Source: an uncultured virus (IMG/VR IMGVR_UViG_3300047445_000292)
Taxonomy: Duplodnaviria; Heunggongvirae; Uroviricota; Caudoviricetes
Strand: one strand, 5' to 3'
Length of the DNA stretch: 64,000 nucleotides
Virus record (IMG/VR): IMGVR_UViG_3300047445_000292
Under the pieces are notes generated by a model. The model was not told the DNA's origin, did no database searches, and saw only the letters and a program-made list of their open reading frames with translations. The number at the start of each line of letters is the position of its first letter. The first letter of the stretch is position 1. Below are positions 9,225 through 17,468 of this stretch, in pieces. Position numbers and translations under genes: made by a program.

Positions 9225-9462
9225 GGCAACGGCGGTGAAGACGGCCGCACAAATCGCGGACGAATTGACCAAACGCTTGGCCGACGTGCCGGCAGAGGGC
9301 GAGAAGGATGTCCCGGCGTCCATCACCATCAGCCTGCCGAAGTCGTTTATCCGCGAGCTGGAGCGCCGCCGGCTGGAGAACAAGGACACCGCCGCCGGGC
9401 CGAAGACCATCAGCGGGCTGATCAAGGCGGCGCTGGAAAAAGACGGCTACGGGGTGCTTTAA
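9217..9462 (+). CDS. Ribbon-helix-helix centromere-binding partner of ParA (ParG-like)
   Basis: 81 aa, overlaps the parA stop; SITISLP beta strand followed by two helices (TISGLIKAALE). Confidence 0.7.
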   Translation: MTKATAVKTAAQIADELTKRLADVPAEGEKDVPASITISLPKSFIRELERRRLENKDTAAGPKTISGLIKAALEKDGYGVL

Positions 9463-9529
9463 CTCGCAGTTGCTGGCCACTTGCAACCAAGGCAATGTGT
9501 GGGGGAAATCCAAGAACAAGGAAGCCCCC

Positions 9530-9748
9530 ATGCGTGCCCCGCGTCCCTCCCGCCGCATCACCTACGATCTTTTCCATGTGCAGGGCCTCTACGTCGGCCA
9601 CGGCTGGGTGTCCCTGCTCAGTACCTTCGACCGCGACGAAGCGGACACCCGCCTGCGCCAGCAGCGCGCCAAGAACCCGCTGGTCACCTACCGGATTGAA
9701 ACCCAGCGCGTGCGCAGCAAGGCCATGCAGACCGTGGGGCTGAGCTGA
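9530..9748 (+). CDS. Hypothetical protein
   Basis: ATG at 9530 after AAGGA. Confidence 0.6.
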   Translation: MRAPRPSRRITYDLFHVQGLYVGHGWVSLLSTFDRDEADTRLRQQRAKNPLVTYRIETQRVRSKAMQTVGLS

Positions 9749-9972
9749 TGGCCCGCTACAACGCGGTTGACGCCGTGCTGCTGATCGTCCTCGCCGCCCG
9801 CATTCACAAGACCGACGCCGCCGTGCGCGCCGTGGCCCGCAACATCCTGCACCAGCTGCCCCAAGATGACCGCCCCGGCGTGCGCCGGATCATGCAGAGC
9901 AAGCACCCGTTGAAGGTTGCCGAACTGCTGCTCGACTGCTGGGCAGAGGTACACCAACACACCACCACCTGA
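9748..9972 (+). CDS. Hypothetical protein
   Basis: 74 aa, TGATG coupling. Confidence 0.65.
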   Translation: MARYNAVDAVLLIVLAARIHKTDAAVRAVARNILHQLPQDDRPGVRRIMQSKHPLKVAELLLDCWAEVHQHTTT

Positions 9973-9987
9973 GAAGGGAGCGACACC

Positions 9988-10485
9988 ATGAAACGTACCA
10001 CCCAACACCCCACCCATGAACAGGCCTGCGCCGTGCTGCGCTTTGCCACCAGCCACGGAGTGGCCTGGAAGCGTGCCTTGGAAGAACACTGGCTCAACGA
10101 GTGTTCAGCGCACCGCCTGAATGCCAACGACGCCGCGCTGCTGCGCCAGGTACGCAACCAGTGCGGCCCGACGTGGTTGAACGGCGTCACGTTGCCGGCG
10201 CTGGAGGCGCAGTGCACCAAGACGTTCCTCGACCTCGCCGAAATTTTGGCGCGCAAGGCCTATGGCCTGACCCTGGACGACTTGGGCATTGAGGAAGGCG
10301 GGGTGCTTGAGTCCATCCTGAATGGCGAGAGCGTGCTGGATCTGGTCAATGACCCGGCGCAGGATTCCGACCTTGGCCGCATCGACAAGTCCGACTACGG
10401 CGTGCCGTCGACCGCTGAGTTGAATCAGGAGGATCTGGCCGTCGCGCTGGAAGAACTCAACGCACTGACAGAGGTGCAACCATGA
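9988..10485 (+). CDS. Hypothetical protein with acidic C-terminal half
   Basis: 165 aa, AAGGGAG SD. Confidence 0.7.
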   Translation: MKRTTQHPTHEQACAVLRFATSHGVAWKRALEEHWLNECSAHRLNANDAALLRQVRNQCGPTWLNGVTLPALEAQCTKTFLDLAEILARKAYGLTLDDLGIEEGGVLESILNGESVLDLVNDPAQDSDLGRIDKSDYGVPSTAELNQEDLAVALEELNALTEVQP

Positions 10486-10823
10486 AACGGATCATCACGA
10501 TGACGCTGGAAGGGACCGACGACGACGCCCTCGACGCCGCCCAGGCTGAGGCCTGGAAGCGGATCAAGGCGGGCAACCGCGAAGGCCAGGACCAGAACGA
10601 AGCCGGCGGGTTTACCTTCACCGTCGATCACCCTGACGAACCCGACCCGGACGCGGCGCGCTACCGGACCTATGCGCAGGAGAACTTACAGCGCGACGGC
10701 GACCTGGAGTTCGATGACAACGCCGTGGTCTCGATGGGCTCGGACCCGGGCGCCTATGTACAGGCCTGGAAGTGGGTCGATCAGTGCGATCTGCCGGGGG
10801 AGGGCGACGAAGGGGAAGACTGA
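10482..10823 (+). CDS. Hypothetical highly acidic protein
   Basis: 113 aa, GAGG SD, ATGA overlap. Confidence 0.7.
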   Translation: MKRIITMTLEGTDDDALDAAQAEAWKRIKAGNREGQDQNEAGGFTFTVDHPDEPDPDAARYRTYAQENLQRDGDLEFDDNAVVSMGSDPGAYVQAWKWVDQCDLPGEGDEGED

Positions 10824-11195
10824 TTTCTGGCTTTCTGCCATCGGGTTTGGGAACCCCGACTATCGTTAAATAACTAGGGCGCAAGTTGATCGGAGAATCG
10901 ACGTGCATGTAGTCAGTAAAAAGCGGTGGCAGATCGAGACAGGCTGTGTCGATTTCACCGAAACCGTCATCCAATGCGCCGATTTCCCTGCTGTGCTGGC
11001 CGCGCTTTCCGGCTACCGCCTGCAGAACGGCGCACCCCCAGTGGACCCACGAATCTTGTTCGGGTTGTTTGACCCGAAGGTTCAACAGTGCCCGGTCGCT
11101 TTGTGGGCGACCGATGGGCTGGCAGATAGCGTCACGCTGCAAACGCTGCACTAGGAAATAATTAAACGGCTGAATGATCAGCCTCGGAGCCTGAC

Positions 11196-11735
11196 ATGTT
11201 CATGATGAATCCATTGGTTTGCGTGGAACCCCCAGTCATTTCCTCCCCAGCCCCTACCACTCGCGCAGCCACGGCGACCCCGTTGACGCTGCGCACTTTG
11301 CGGCGAACATTGCCGTGCGGGACGGAGATTCTGGCGGTTGCGGTGGCGGTCAAACACCGTGAACTGACGTACAGCATCGTCGCCCTGCCGGGGTTTGAAG
11401 GCGGCGGCAGGGACGCTGACGGCTGCATGATGCCGCGCAGTGTAAGCGCGGCCTACACCCCGAAAGTCTTCAACCCCGAGAGCCAGGTACAGGAGGCGGT
11501 GTGGCCACCCCTGCCGCCGACCATGCGCCTAGTCAACGGCCGTGAGTTCAGCGGCTGGCAATTCCCCGAAACCTCCCTGACCCGCCGCCTGGAACGCACC
11601 TATGCCGGCGTCGAGCCGCTGCTGCGCCAGCTGTGCAACCTGATCCAGGTCAGGCTGGTCAAGGGCTCACGCAAACAGCAGGTGTCCACCACCGTGCTGG
11701 TCGAGCGCATTAACGAACTGCTGGCCAACGCATGA
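11196..11735 (+). CDS. Hypothetical protein (start uncertain)
   Basis: 179-aa ORF after GGAG. Confidence 0.5.
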   Translation: MFMMNPLVCVEPPVISSPAPTTRAATATPLTLRTLRRTLPCGTEILAVAVAVKHRELTYSIVALPGFEGGGRDADGCMMPRSVSAAYTPKVFNPESQVQEAVWPPLPPTMRLVNGREFSGWQFPETSLTRRLERTYAGVEPLLRQLCNLIQVRLVKGSRKQQVSTTVLVERINELLANA

Positions 11736-11744
11736 GGGCTCGGC

Positions 11745-11963
11745 ATGTTCTGGATTCTGCAAGCCAAAACGTACCTGGAAGCCTGGTGGTCGAAGCAATT
11801 CGCGCTGCGCGATAACTACTACCTGGTGACCCTGGAACAGCCCAACGGGGCACGCAGGCAGGTGCCGGTGATGGCCGCCGACTACGACGCGGCCTACATC
11901 TGGCTGGGTCAGCACTACCCGGCAGACGACGTTATCGACGTGCAGCTGCAGAAATGGGGATGA
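11745..11963 (+). CDS. Hypothetical protein
   Basis: 72 aa, GAGG SD. Confidence 0.6.
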   Translation: MFWILQAKTYLEAWWSKQFALRDNYYLVTLEQPNGARRQVPVMAADYDAAYIWLGQHYPADDVIDVQLQKWG

Positions 11964-12361
11964 GCATCATGGGGTACCCGTCACGCAACCAGCTCGACCT
12001 GTTTCCGCAGCCCGGGAACTACGAGGAAGTCCACGGCGACCTCTACGATCGGCGCACCGGCAAGCGCCTGCGCACCGGGTACCGTGACGTGTTCTACCAG
12101 ATCAACGACGGCCACCAACTGCGCGCCACGCTGCGCTTTCTGGAGGACGCCGTGGAAGGCCGGCGCTTCGTCTGCATCACCGACGAAGGCGGCGCGATCT
12201 GCAAGTGTTGTATCCGCTCGATGCTGCGCGACCTGCTCTATGGCATGCGCCACCCGCGCAGTTGTCTGTTGCGGGTGGTGTCCACCGAACACCGGTACTC
12301 AGAACCGTTGCGCTGTGATTGCTGCGACGACGAAATCCCGCCGATCGGGGACCGGCCATGA
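11960..12361 (+). CDS. Hypothetical Cys-rich protein
   Basis: CKCC and CDCC motifs; ATGA coupling at both ends. Confidence 0.65.
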   Translation: MSIMGYPSRNQLDLFPQPGNYEEVHGDLYDRRTGKRLRTGYRDVFYQINDGHQLRATLRFLEDAVEGRRFVCITDEGGAICKCCIRSMLRDLLYGMRHPRSCLLRVVSTEHRYSEPLRCDCCDDEIPPIGDRP

Positions 12362-12630
12362 ATACCCAGCCATTAGCCGCGCAGATCCTCACCACCTGTC
12401 GAAAAGCTCGGGGGGAGGGGCAGTACCTGGACATCGACTTTATGCTGCCCTCGGTGCTGTATAACCGCGGCGCCGGCACCGAGTTCCACTTCCGGGAAGC
12501 GGGGGCACAGAACCTGTTCGATTACTACCGCCCGGTGGCTGAACAGACCGGCTTGCCTATGAAAGACGTGCTGTTGTGGGCCGCGCAGGAATGGGATCTG
12601 TCCGGCAACCGTCTCGATCTTGTGCTATAG
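12358..12630 (+). CDS. Hypothetical protein
   Basis: ATG at 12358 overlapping the upstream stop. Confidence 0.6.
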   Translation: MNTQPLAAQILTTCRKARGEGQYLDIDFMLPSVLYNRGAGTEFHFREAGAQNLFDYYRPVAEQTGLPMKDVLLWAAQEWDLSGNRLDLVL

Positions 12631-12788
12631 CTTTTAGCCAGAAAAGAAACGCAGCACGTAGCGTAGTCGAATCTAATAGGTTTGCCTCGGCAATATCATT
12701 TTGTTGTCAAGGGCTTGAATTTAATTGAAAGACTAGGCAACGTACTGCCCACGGACTATCTGGCAACACAATAACTAGGGGGCCAAGA

Positions 12789-13388
12789 ATGGCTTTAAAT
12801 ACAGGATCAGGGTTCAGCAATCTGACGCGAATGGAATCCCAAATACAGGCCGTGATAGCCACTTATGTAGCAGATCCCACCCCTAAAAATCAGCCCTACG
12901 TTTCCAAGAAAAAAGAAGCCAGGCGCCAGCGAGAGGAACAGGAACGGCAGCTAGCTTTGCTACGTTCAACCCCGCTAGATCAGTTAGATTTTGTCCCACT
13001 AAATTCCGAACCTACTCAAGCCGCTACGGCCCAGTCCGAGTTAGCCGAGCTTGAGCAGCAGATGCGTATCGCGTTAGGGATTGACGTAGTCAAGCCTACC
13101 GAAGTCGCCAAGGCTAAACCCAAATTAGCCGCGAAACCGATAGCTCCAAAGCCCCAAGTTACCGCCAAGCCCCGCGTTGAATTGCACATCGTCAAGCGCA
13201 CGGTCGAGGTGCTACTGCGCATCAAACGTCCTGACGGTTTGGAACTCCCGTTCTTCCACGAAGCCACCGAAGGCAGCCGGCTTGAAGCCGAGTTAGCCGC
13301 CGAGCGCCAGGCGCGTGACTACGGGTTCAAGGTCTTGGGTCATATACAAACCACCATCAAAGAACAGGCTCTGGATCACTGTTCTTAA
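12789..13388 (+). CDS. Hypothetical protein with Lys/Pro-rich linker, atypical codon usage
   Basis: 199-aa ORF after an AT-rich intergenic region. Confidence 0.65.
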   Translation: MALNTGSGFSNLTRMESQIQAVIATYVADPTPKNQPYVSKKKEARRQREEQERQLALLRSTPLDQLDFVPLNSEPTQAATAQSELAELEQQMRIALGIDVVKPTEVAKAKPKLAAKPIAPKPQVTAKPRVELHIVKRTVEVLLRIKRPDGLELPFFHEATEGSRLEAELAAERQARDYGFKVLGHIQTTIKEQALDHCS

Positions 13389-13447
13389 CCCACCAAATGT
13401 CTGCATGGGCTGCCGTATTGGCGGCCCATTCTGTGTGCGTATAAGGG

Positions 13448-13828
13448 ATGTTCATGTCTAAATTATCAGAGTTTCGCGCAGCGGAAATAGAGCTGGGCAA
13501 ACAACTTGCGGCCCTTGAAGCGCTGCGAAACGATTCAGCACTAAAGATGGAGATAGCATTTGAGTCGGCGCTAACAAAACTACTAGATGACTTCGGCCTG
13601 TCCCGTGACACGTTGCTAGACATCCTCGGTGCTAGCCCTGCCCAAGCCGCTAAGTCGTATGAGGTCCCAGGCAAGACACGTAAGACGTTGAAGCGTGAGA
13701 TTCCCAAGACTTTTCTCAACCCGCACACCGGTGAAAAGATCACGGTGAAACGTCTCACCAACGGCAAATATCGGGGATGGGTTGAAAAGCACGGCGAAGT
13801 GATCGTGCAAAGTTGGCTGCAAGAATAA
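13448..13828 (+). CDS. MvaT/MvaU-family (H-NS-like) protein 1
   Basis: MSKLSEFRAAE..L..QL..LE.L..D..LK.E..FE..L N-terminus and NPHTGE....W..KHG...VQSW C-terminus; start may be 13454. Confidence 0.9.
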   Translation: MFMSKLSEFRAAEIELGKQLAALEALRNDSALKMEIAFESALTKLLDDFGLSRDTLLDILGASPAQAAKSYEVPGKTRKTLKREIPKTFLNPHTGEKITVKRLTNGKYRGWVEKHGEVIVQSWLQE

Positions 13829-13858
13829 GTCCGGCGCTAATTCAAGACTAAGGAAGTT

Positions 13859-14263
13859 ATGATGTTTGAGAAAATTGCCCAGTACACTGCGGCGGAATTA
13901 GCGCTGGCCAAACAAGTCACCGCTTTAGAAGAACTCAAGAACGACCCCGAGTTGAAGCGAGAGTTAGAATTCAACTCAGAGTTAGAGACCCTGCTGCTCA
14001 GGCATTCGTTCAGCAAAACTAAGCTGCACAGTTTCCTTGGGGCGCAGCTAGGTGCCGTCCAGGCCGCTGAAACGAAGGCTCCCCGCGCAGCCAAAGAGAA
14101 AGACAAAGATAAAAAGTACGCCAAGCACACCAACAAACTCTGGTCCAACCCGCACACCGGGGAAACTGTGTTGTCCCGCCGTCGCGATCACAAGACGTTG
14201 TTGAAGTGGACCGAAGAACATGGTCTGGAAGCGGTGATGTCTTGGATGACGCCGACCAACTAA
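13859..14263 (+). CDS. MvaT/MvaU-family (H-NS-like) protein 2
   Basis: LKNDPELKRELEF..EL and NPHTGE....HKTL.KW..EHG.EAV.SW. Confidence 0.9.
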   Translation: MMFEKIAQYTAAELALAKQVTALEELKNDPELKRELEFNSELETLLLRHSFSKTKLHSFLGAQLGAVQAAETKAPRAAKEKDKDKKYAKHTNKLWSNPHTGETVLSRRRDHKTLLKWTEEHGLEAVMSWMTPTN

Positions 14264-14282
14264 CCTTTCTCTGAGAAATCAC

Positions 14283-14513
14283 ATGGAAGCGAATCAACAC
14301 CTGGCGATCTGGACCGTGATCGCCAACCCGGCGGACTACCCCGGGCTGTTTGTAGCCCGCAAGTGGCTGATGGTCGAAGGCAGGGAGGTACCCACCAATG
14401 AAGTGGTGGTCGGCCTGACCTTGCAGGCTGTGCGCGAGCAGATCCCGATCGGCCTGCAGTGGATGCCCCGGTCTCCCGACGATGATCCGGTAATTGTGGA
14501 GACTTGGTTTTGA
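14283..14513 (+). CDS. Hypothetical phage protein
   Basis: 76 aa, PADYPG.FVAR...RSPDDDPVIVETW. Confidence 0.7.
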   Translation: MEANQHLAIWTVIANPADYPGLFVARKWLMVEGREVPTNEVVVGLTLQAVREQIPIGLQWMPRSPDDDPVIVETWF

Positions 14514-14968
14514 ACAGCATCGACGATGTACTGGCCCGTGCACGCGCCGCCCTGCAGAACTCACCCACCAACAGCTCGCCGTTCAAGGTGATGCCCGCGC
14601 CCGTTCCGGGACCTGTCCCACGCCCCGGTCAGCGGAACGCTCCGCGAATCCCCAAGGAACTGCGGGTCGACTCGCGGGCAGCGGACAAGTTCGTGGTGCG
14701 CATGCCGGACGACCTGCGCGCACGGATGGCGCGGTTTGCCAACCAGCACAGGCGCAGCTGCAACTCCGAATGCGTCGAAGCCATGTATTGGTGGCTGGAT
14801 CGGCAAGAGCTGATGTGGCTGATGCTGCAAGGCATCGAGCGCGAGCTGGCGCGGCAGGAAGTCCTGCGCCAGGGTGAGGAATTGAAGGCGCTGGACGACA
14901 TCGCCCAGCGTCAACCCGAGACCGCCGCCCTCATCAAACAATTGAAGGCGATGATCAGCCTGGGCTAG
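14510..14968 (+). CDS. Arc-family RHH regulator, AmrZ-like
   Basis: SRAADKFVVRMPDDLR......A....RS.NSE motif; TTG start at 14510 or 14504. Confidence 0.85.
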   Translation: MNSIDDVLARARAALQNSPTNSSPFKVMPAPVPGPVPRPGQRNAPRIPKELRVDSRAADKFVVRMPDDLRARMARFANQHRRSCNSECVEAMYWWLDRQELMWLMLQGIERELARQEVLRQGEELKALDDIAQRQPETAALIKQLKAMISLG

Positions 14969-15183
14969 TCGGTGGAAGCGCTGCGTTCCGCGACTTGCGC
15001 ACGCAGCGCGTCGGCCTGATGGTCATTCAGGAAGCCGTGAAACAGCAGGAACTGAATGCAGGTCTGCGCCCGGCCCGTGTTCGAATTACTCTCCCAGGCG
15101 CCATTGGTGGCGTGGGCTTCCGGCCACGGCTTGACCTTCTTGGTTGGGGCAGGTGTTGGGGGATTGCTCACGGCGTTCTCCAT
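14965..15183 (-). CDS. Hypothetical protein (lone antisense gene)
   Basis: 72-aa ORF filling the gap, convergent stop overlap with the Arc gene. Confidence 0.5.
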   Translation of the reverse strand: MENAVSNPPTPAPTKKVKPWPEAHATNGAWESNSNTGRAQTCIQFLLFHGFLNDHQADALRAQVAERSASTD

Positions 15184-15311
15184 GCCCGCAACGGGCGTCG
15201 GCTGTAAAGAGGGAAGGGCACAAGCCCCTTCTTAGTGTGGCATCGAATCCAGAATATCTAACCTCTCTACTACGCTCAGGGTATCCAAGACGCCCAAGTA
15301 GAGGTGCCCCG

Positions 15312-15572
15312 ATGCAAATCCAAGAACTGCGTGCGCTGTTGTTGAAAGGCGTGGTCCGCATAGTCTTTCTGAAAACCGATAACAGCGAGCGCACGTTGCT
15401 CGCGACCTTACACCCGTCCCGCATGCCGCCCCCACCCGTTGCCGCACCAGGCACAGGGGGCCGTCCGCTGCCCGAAGGCAACCTGCTGGTGTGGGACACC
15501 GAAGCCAAAGGCCTGCGCAGTTTTATCGTCGGCTGCCTGCTGGAAGAACCGGTACTCATTGAGGAACTTTGA
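15312..15572 (+). CDS. WYL_2/SH3 beta-barrel-like protein
   Basis: GVV.I.F.K.D...R...ATL...VWD.EAKG.RSF motif; GAGGT SD. Confidence 0.75.
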   Translation: MQIQELRALLLKGVVRIVFLKTDNSERTLLATLHPSRMPPPPVAAPGTGGRPLPEGNLLVWDTEAKGLRSFIVGCLLEEPVLIEEL

Positions 15573-15573
15573 C

Positions 15574-16320
15574 ATGAATGCAATGCAGATCCGCGAGCAG
15601 GAACGCCGGCTCGCGGCGCTTACTTTCGACCAGTCGCCGTGCCGGGCATTCAGAATCTACCCGGACGACGGCGACGGGGATGAATGGATCGACCTCAAAC
15701 CCGGCGAAGGCGGGGAAGCCTTCCTGACCTACTGGATGCGCACCGAAGCCACGCGCCGTTTGCAGCTGGTGGGCCTGACCGAACTGGAACCGGGCGTGTG
15801 GACCATGGCGTTGCATTTCAGCGGCGATCGCTGGGCGGCCTACACCCTGCGCGCCGTGGCCTGTAGCAGCTGGTCGGGAGTTTTGTTCCCGCTCGCGGAT
15901 ATGGTGAAGAATCTCCCCGAGGGGGTGGTGCTCGATCCCGAAGAGTTCGACTTTGCCCTGGAGCTGGAAACCGATTTGATCGGGCTCGCGCTGCCCGGGG
16001 AGAGCTGGACGGTGCTGGGGTTCCTCGCCAGCGACTACAACGAATACGAGATTGAAAAACTGGCCAAGCAACTGGAAGACCCGTATCAGCGCGCCGCTTA
16101 CCTGCAGGAGCGAAGCCCGCTGACCGGGTTGCCACGGCCGGCATTGAAACTGGAACACCCCAACGCGGTACCGCTGGAACGCATTCAGTTCCTGCCGCCG
16201 CAACCCGGCATCGAGGTCGACCCCGACCCCGAAACCAGCAAGCGCCTGTTCAAAGAACACTGGATCTTGCGACTGTTGAACCCACCTGAAAAGGATCACT
16301 GCCATGATGACTTCAAGTAA
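15574..16320 (+). CDS. Hypothetical acidic protein
   Basis: ATG at 15574 after GAGGA. Confidence 0.7.
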   Translation: MNAMQIREQERRLAALTFDQSPCRAFRIYPDDGDGDEWIDLKPGEGGEAFLTYWMRTEATRRLQLVGLTELEPGVWTMALHFSGDRWAAYTLRAVACSSWSGVLFPLADMVKNLPEGVVLDPEEFDFALELETDLIGLALPGESWTVLGFLASDYNEYEIEKLAKQLEDPYQRAAYLQERSPLTGLPRPALKLEHPNAVPLERIQFLPPQPGIEVDPDPETSKRLFKEHWILRLLNPPEKDHCHDDFK

Positions 16321-16747
16321 CGTTCTAAGCCTCGCGGTCTTCCGCGCCAAACGCGGTTTGCCCGAGGTGTCCCCGGACACCCGCTCGCCGCTGGAAAAGA
16401 TCCTCGCCTGCTACCTGCCCCCCATGAAGCACATGACCAAGGACGCCGCGCTGCGGATGCTCGCCAGTGGCTGCGCCACCTCGATCGTGCGCTGGGCCGA
16501 GGCGAACGGGGCGGCGGTGGATGACGCGGCGCGCTTCCAGTTCTACGCCGCCGGCAGCGCGGCGCGGCTGGTGCTACAGATCCGCGTCAGCCGCGTCGGT
16601 CAACCCAAGGGACCGTGGCAGGCGATGGAGTTCCACCTGGACGCCAGCAGCAAGGAACTGGTGCCGGAGGCGTATGTGCAGGGGGTGGCCGAGGTGTTCA
16701 AGCCCCTGCTCACCCTGCCGATGTCCGGGTTTTACCGTCTACGCTGA
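16304..16747 (+). CDS. Hypothetical protein
   Basis: 147 aa, AAGGA SD. Confidence 0.7.
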   Translation: MMTSSNVLSLAVFRAKRGLPEVSPDTRSPLEKILACYLPPMKHMTKDAALRMLASGCATSIVRWAEANGAAVDDAARFQFYAAGSAARLVLQIRVSRVGQPKGPWQAMEFHLDASSKELVPEAYVQGVAEVFKPLLTLPMSGFYRLR

Positions 16748-16796
16748 TTGGTATGCGACGGAGGATCACCGTCGCGCATACCAATAGGAACCAGCG

Positions 16797-17321
16797 ATGA
16801 CCAAGAAGCGCACGCCGTTAACTGTATGGTCGAAGGACAACGCAGAATTCAAGATCATCAAACACGGGACTCTTGAGTTTGAGTCCGTGACCAGTGTGAG
16901 TCGGGTCCGTGGCGCGCTCAACAATCCGGCCACGGTCCTCTACGATTCGATCGCACTGCGCTACAACTTGTGCGAGCCCGGCGACCTGTTCCTGATGAAC
17001 CTGCCGAACAGTCCAACCCTGTTCAACATGCGCAAACACTTCAAGGCCCGGGGAGTCCTGGAAACGGACTATCGCCTGTTCCGCCCACTGTGCGACGAGA
17101 CGGGCCGGCGCTTCTCGGCTGACAAACGCCCGGTGGCTGTGCAACGTCTGACCACCGCCCGCATGAAGACCCTGCAACCCTTCCCGCGTGAAGCGGCGGC
17201 ACTGGCAAAAGCGGCCGAAGAACGGGGCGCCACGGGGTTCCTTGTGCAAGATGAAAACCCAGTAAATCCGCGGCCTGCAGACGAGTTTCCGGCAGGAAAT
17301 GGGAACGTGGTTAATACTTGA
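16797..17321 (+). CDS. Hypothetical basic protein
   Basis: 174 aa, AGGA SD. Confidence 0.7.
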   Translation: MTKKRTPLTVWSKDNAEFKIIKHGTLEFESVTSVSRVRGALNNPATVLYDSIALRYNLCEPGDLFLMNLPNSPTLFNMRKHFKARGVLETDYRLFRPLCDETGRRFSADKRPVAVQRLTTARMKTLQPFPREAAALAKAAEERGATGFLVQDENPVNPRPADEFPAGNGNVVNT

Positions 17322-17381
17322 GTCTTGAGGGTAAGCGTGCGAGTGACCGGCCCAAGCGAAAGGACGGCACTCAAATTTTAT

Positions 17382-17406
17382 CGCCCGGGAAACCGGGCGT
17401 TTTTTT
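17382..17406 (+). terminator. Rho-independent terminator
   Basis: CGCCCGG-GAAA-CCGGGCG followed by T7. Confidence 0.85.
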
Positions 17407-17468
17407 CCCTCAAACTTCTGTGCTGGGCACATTGTCCTCCCGTTTTGGGGGGTTGACCGGGGCGCTTA

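Noticed and set aside
10903..11154. 83-aa ORF with GTG start
   Set aside because: Atypical codon usage and no motif; could be real (GGAG upstream) but is not supported well enough to list
15574..16320. ArdA-like antirestriction call (WIDL motif, acidic)
   Set aside because: Similarity is limited to a few residues; left as hypothetical
17341..17372. Imperfect hairpin GAGTG..CCG...CGGCACTC before the terminator as a riboswitch or sRNA
   Set aside because: Does not match any aptamer consensus I can verify; could be ordinary 3' UTR structure
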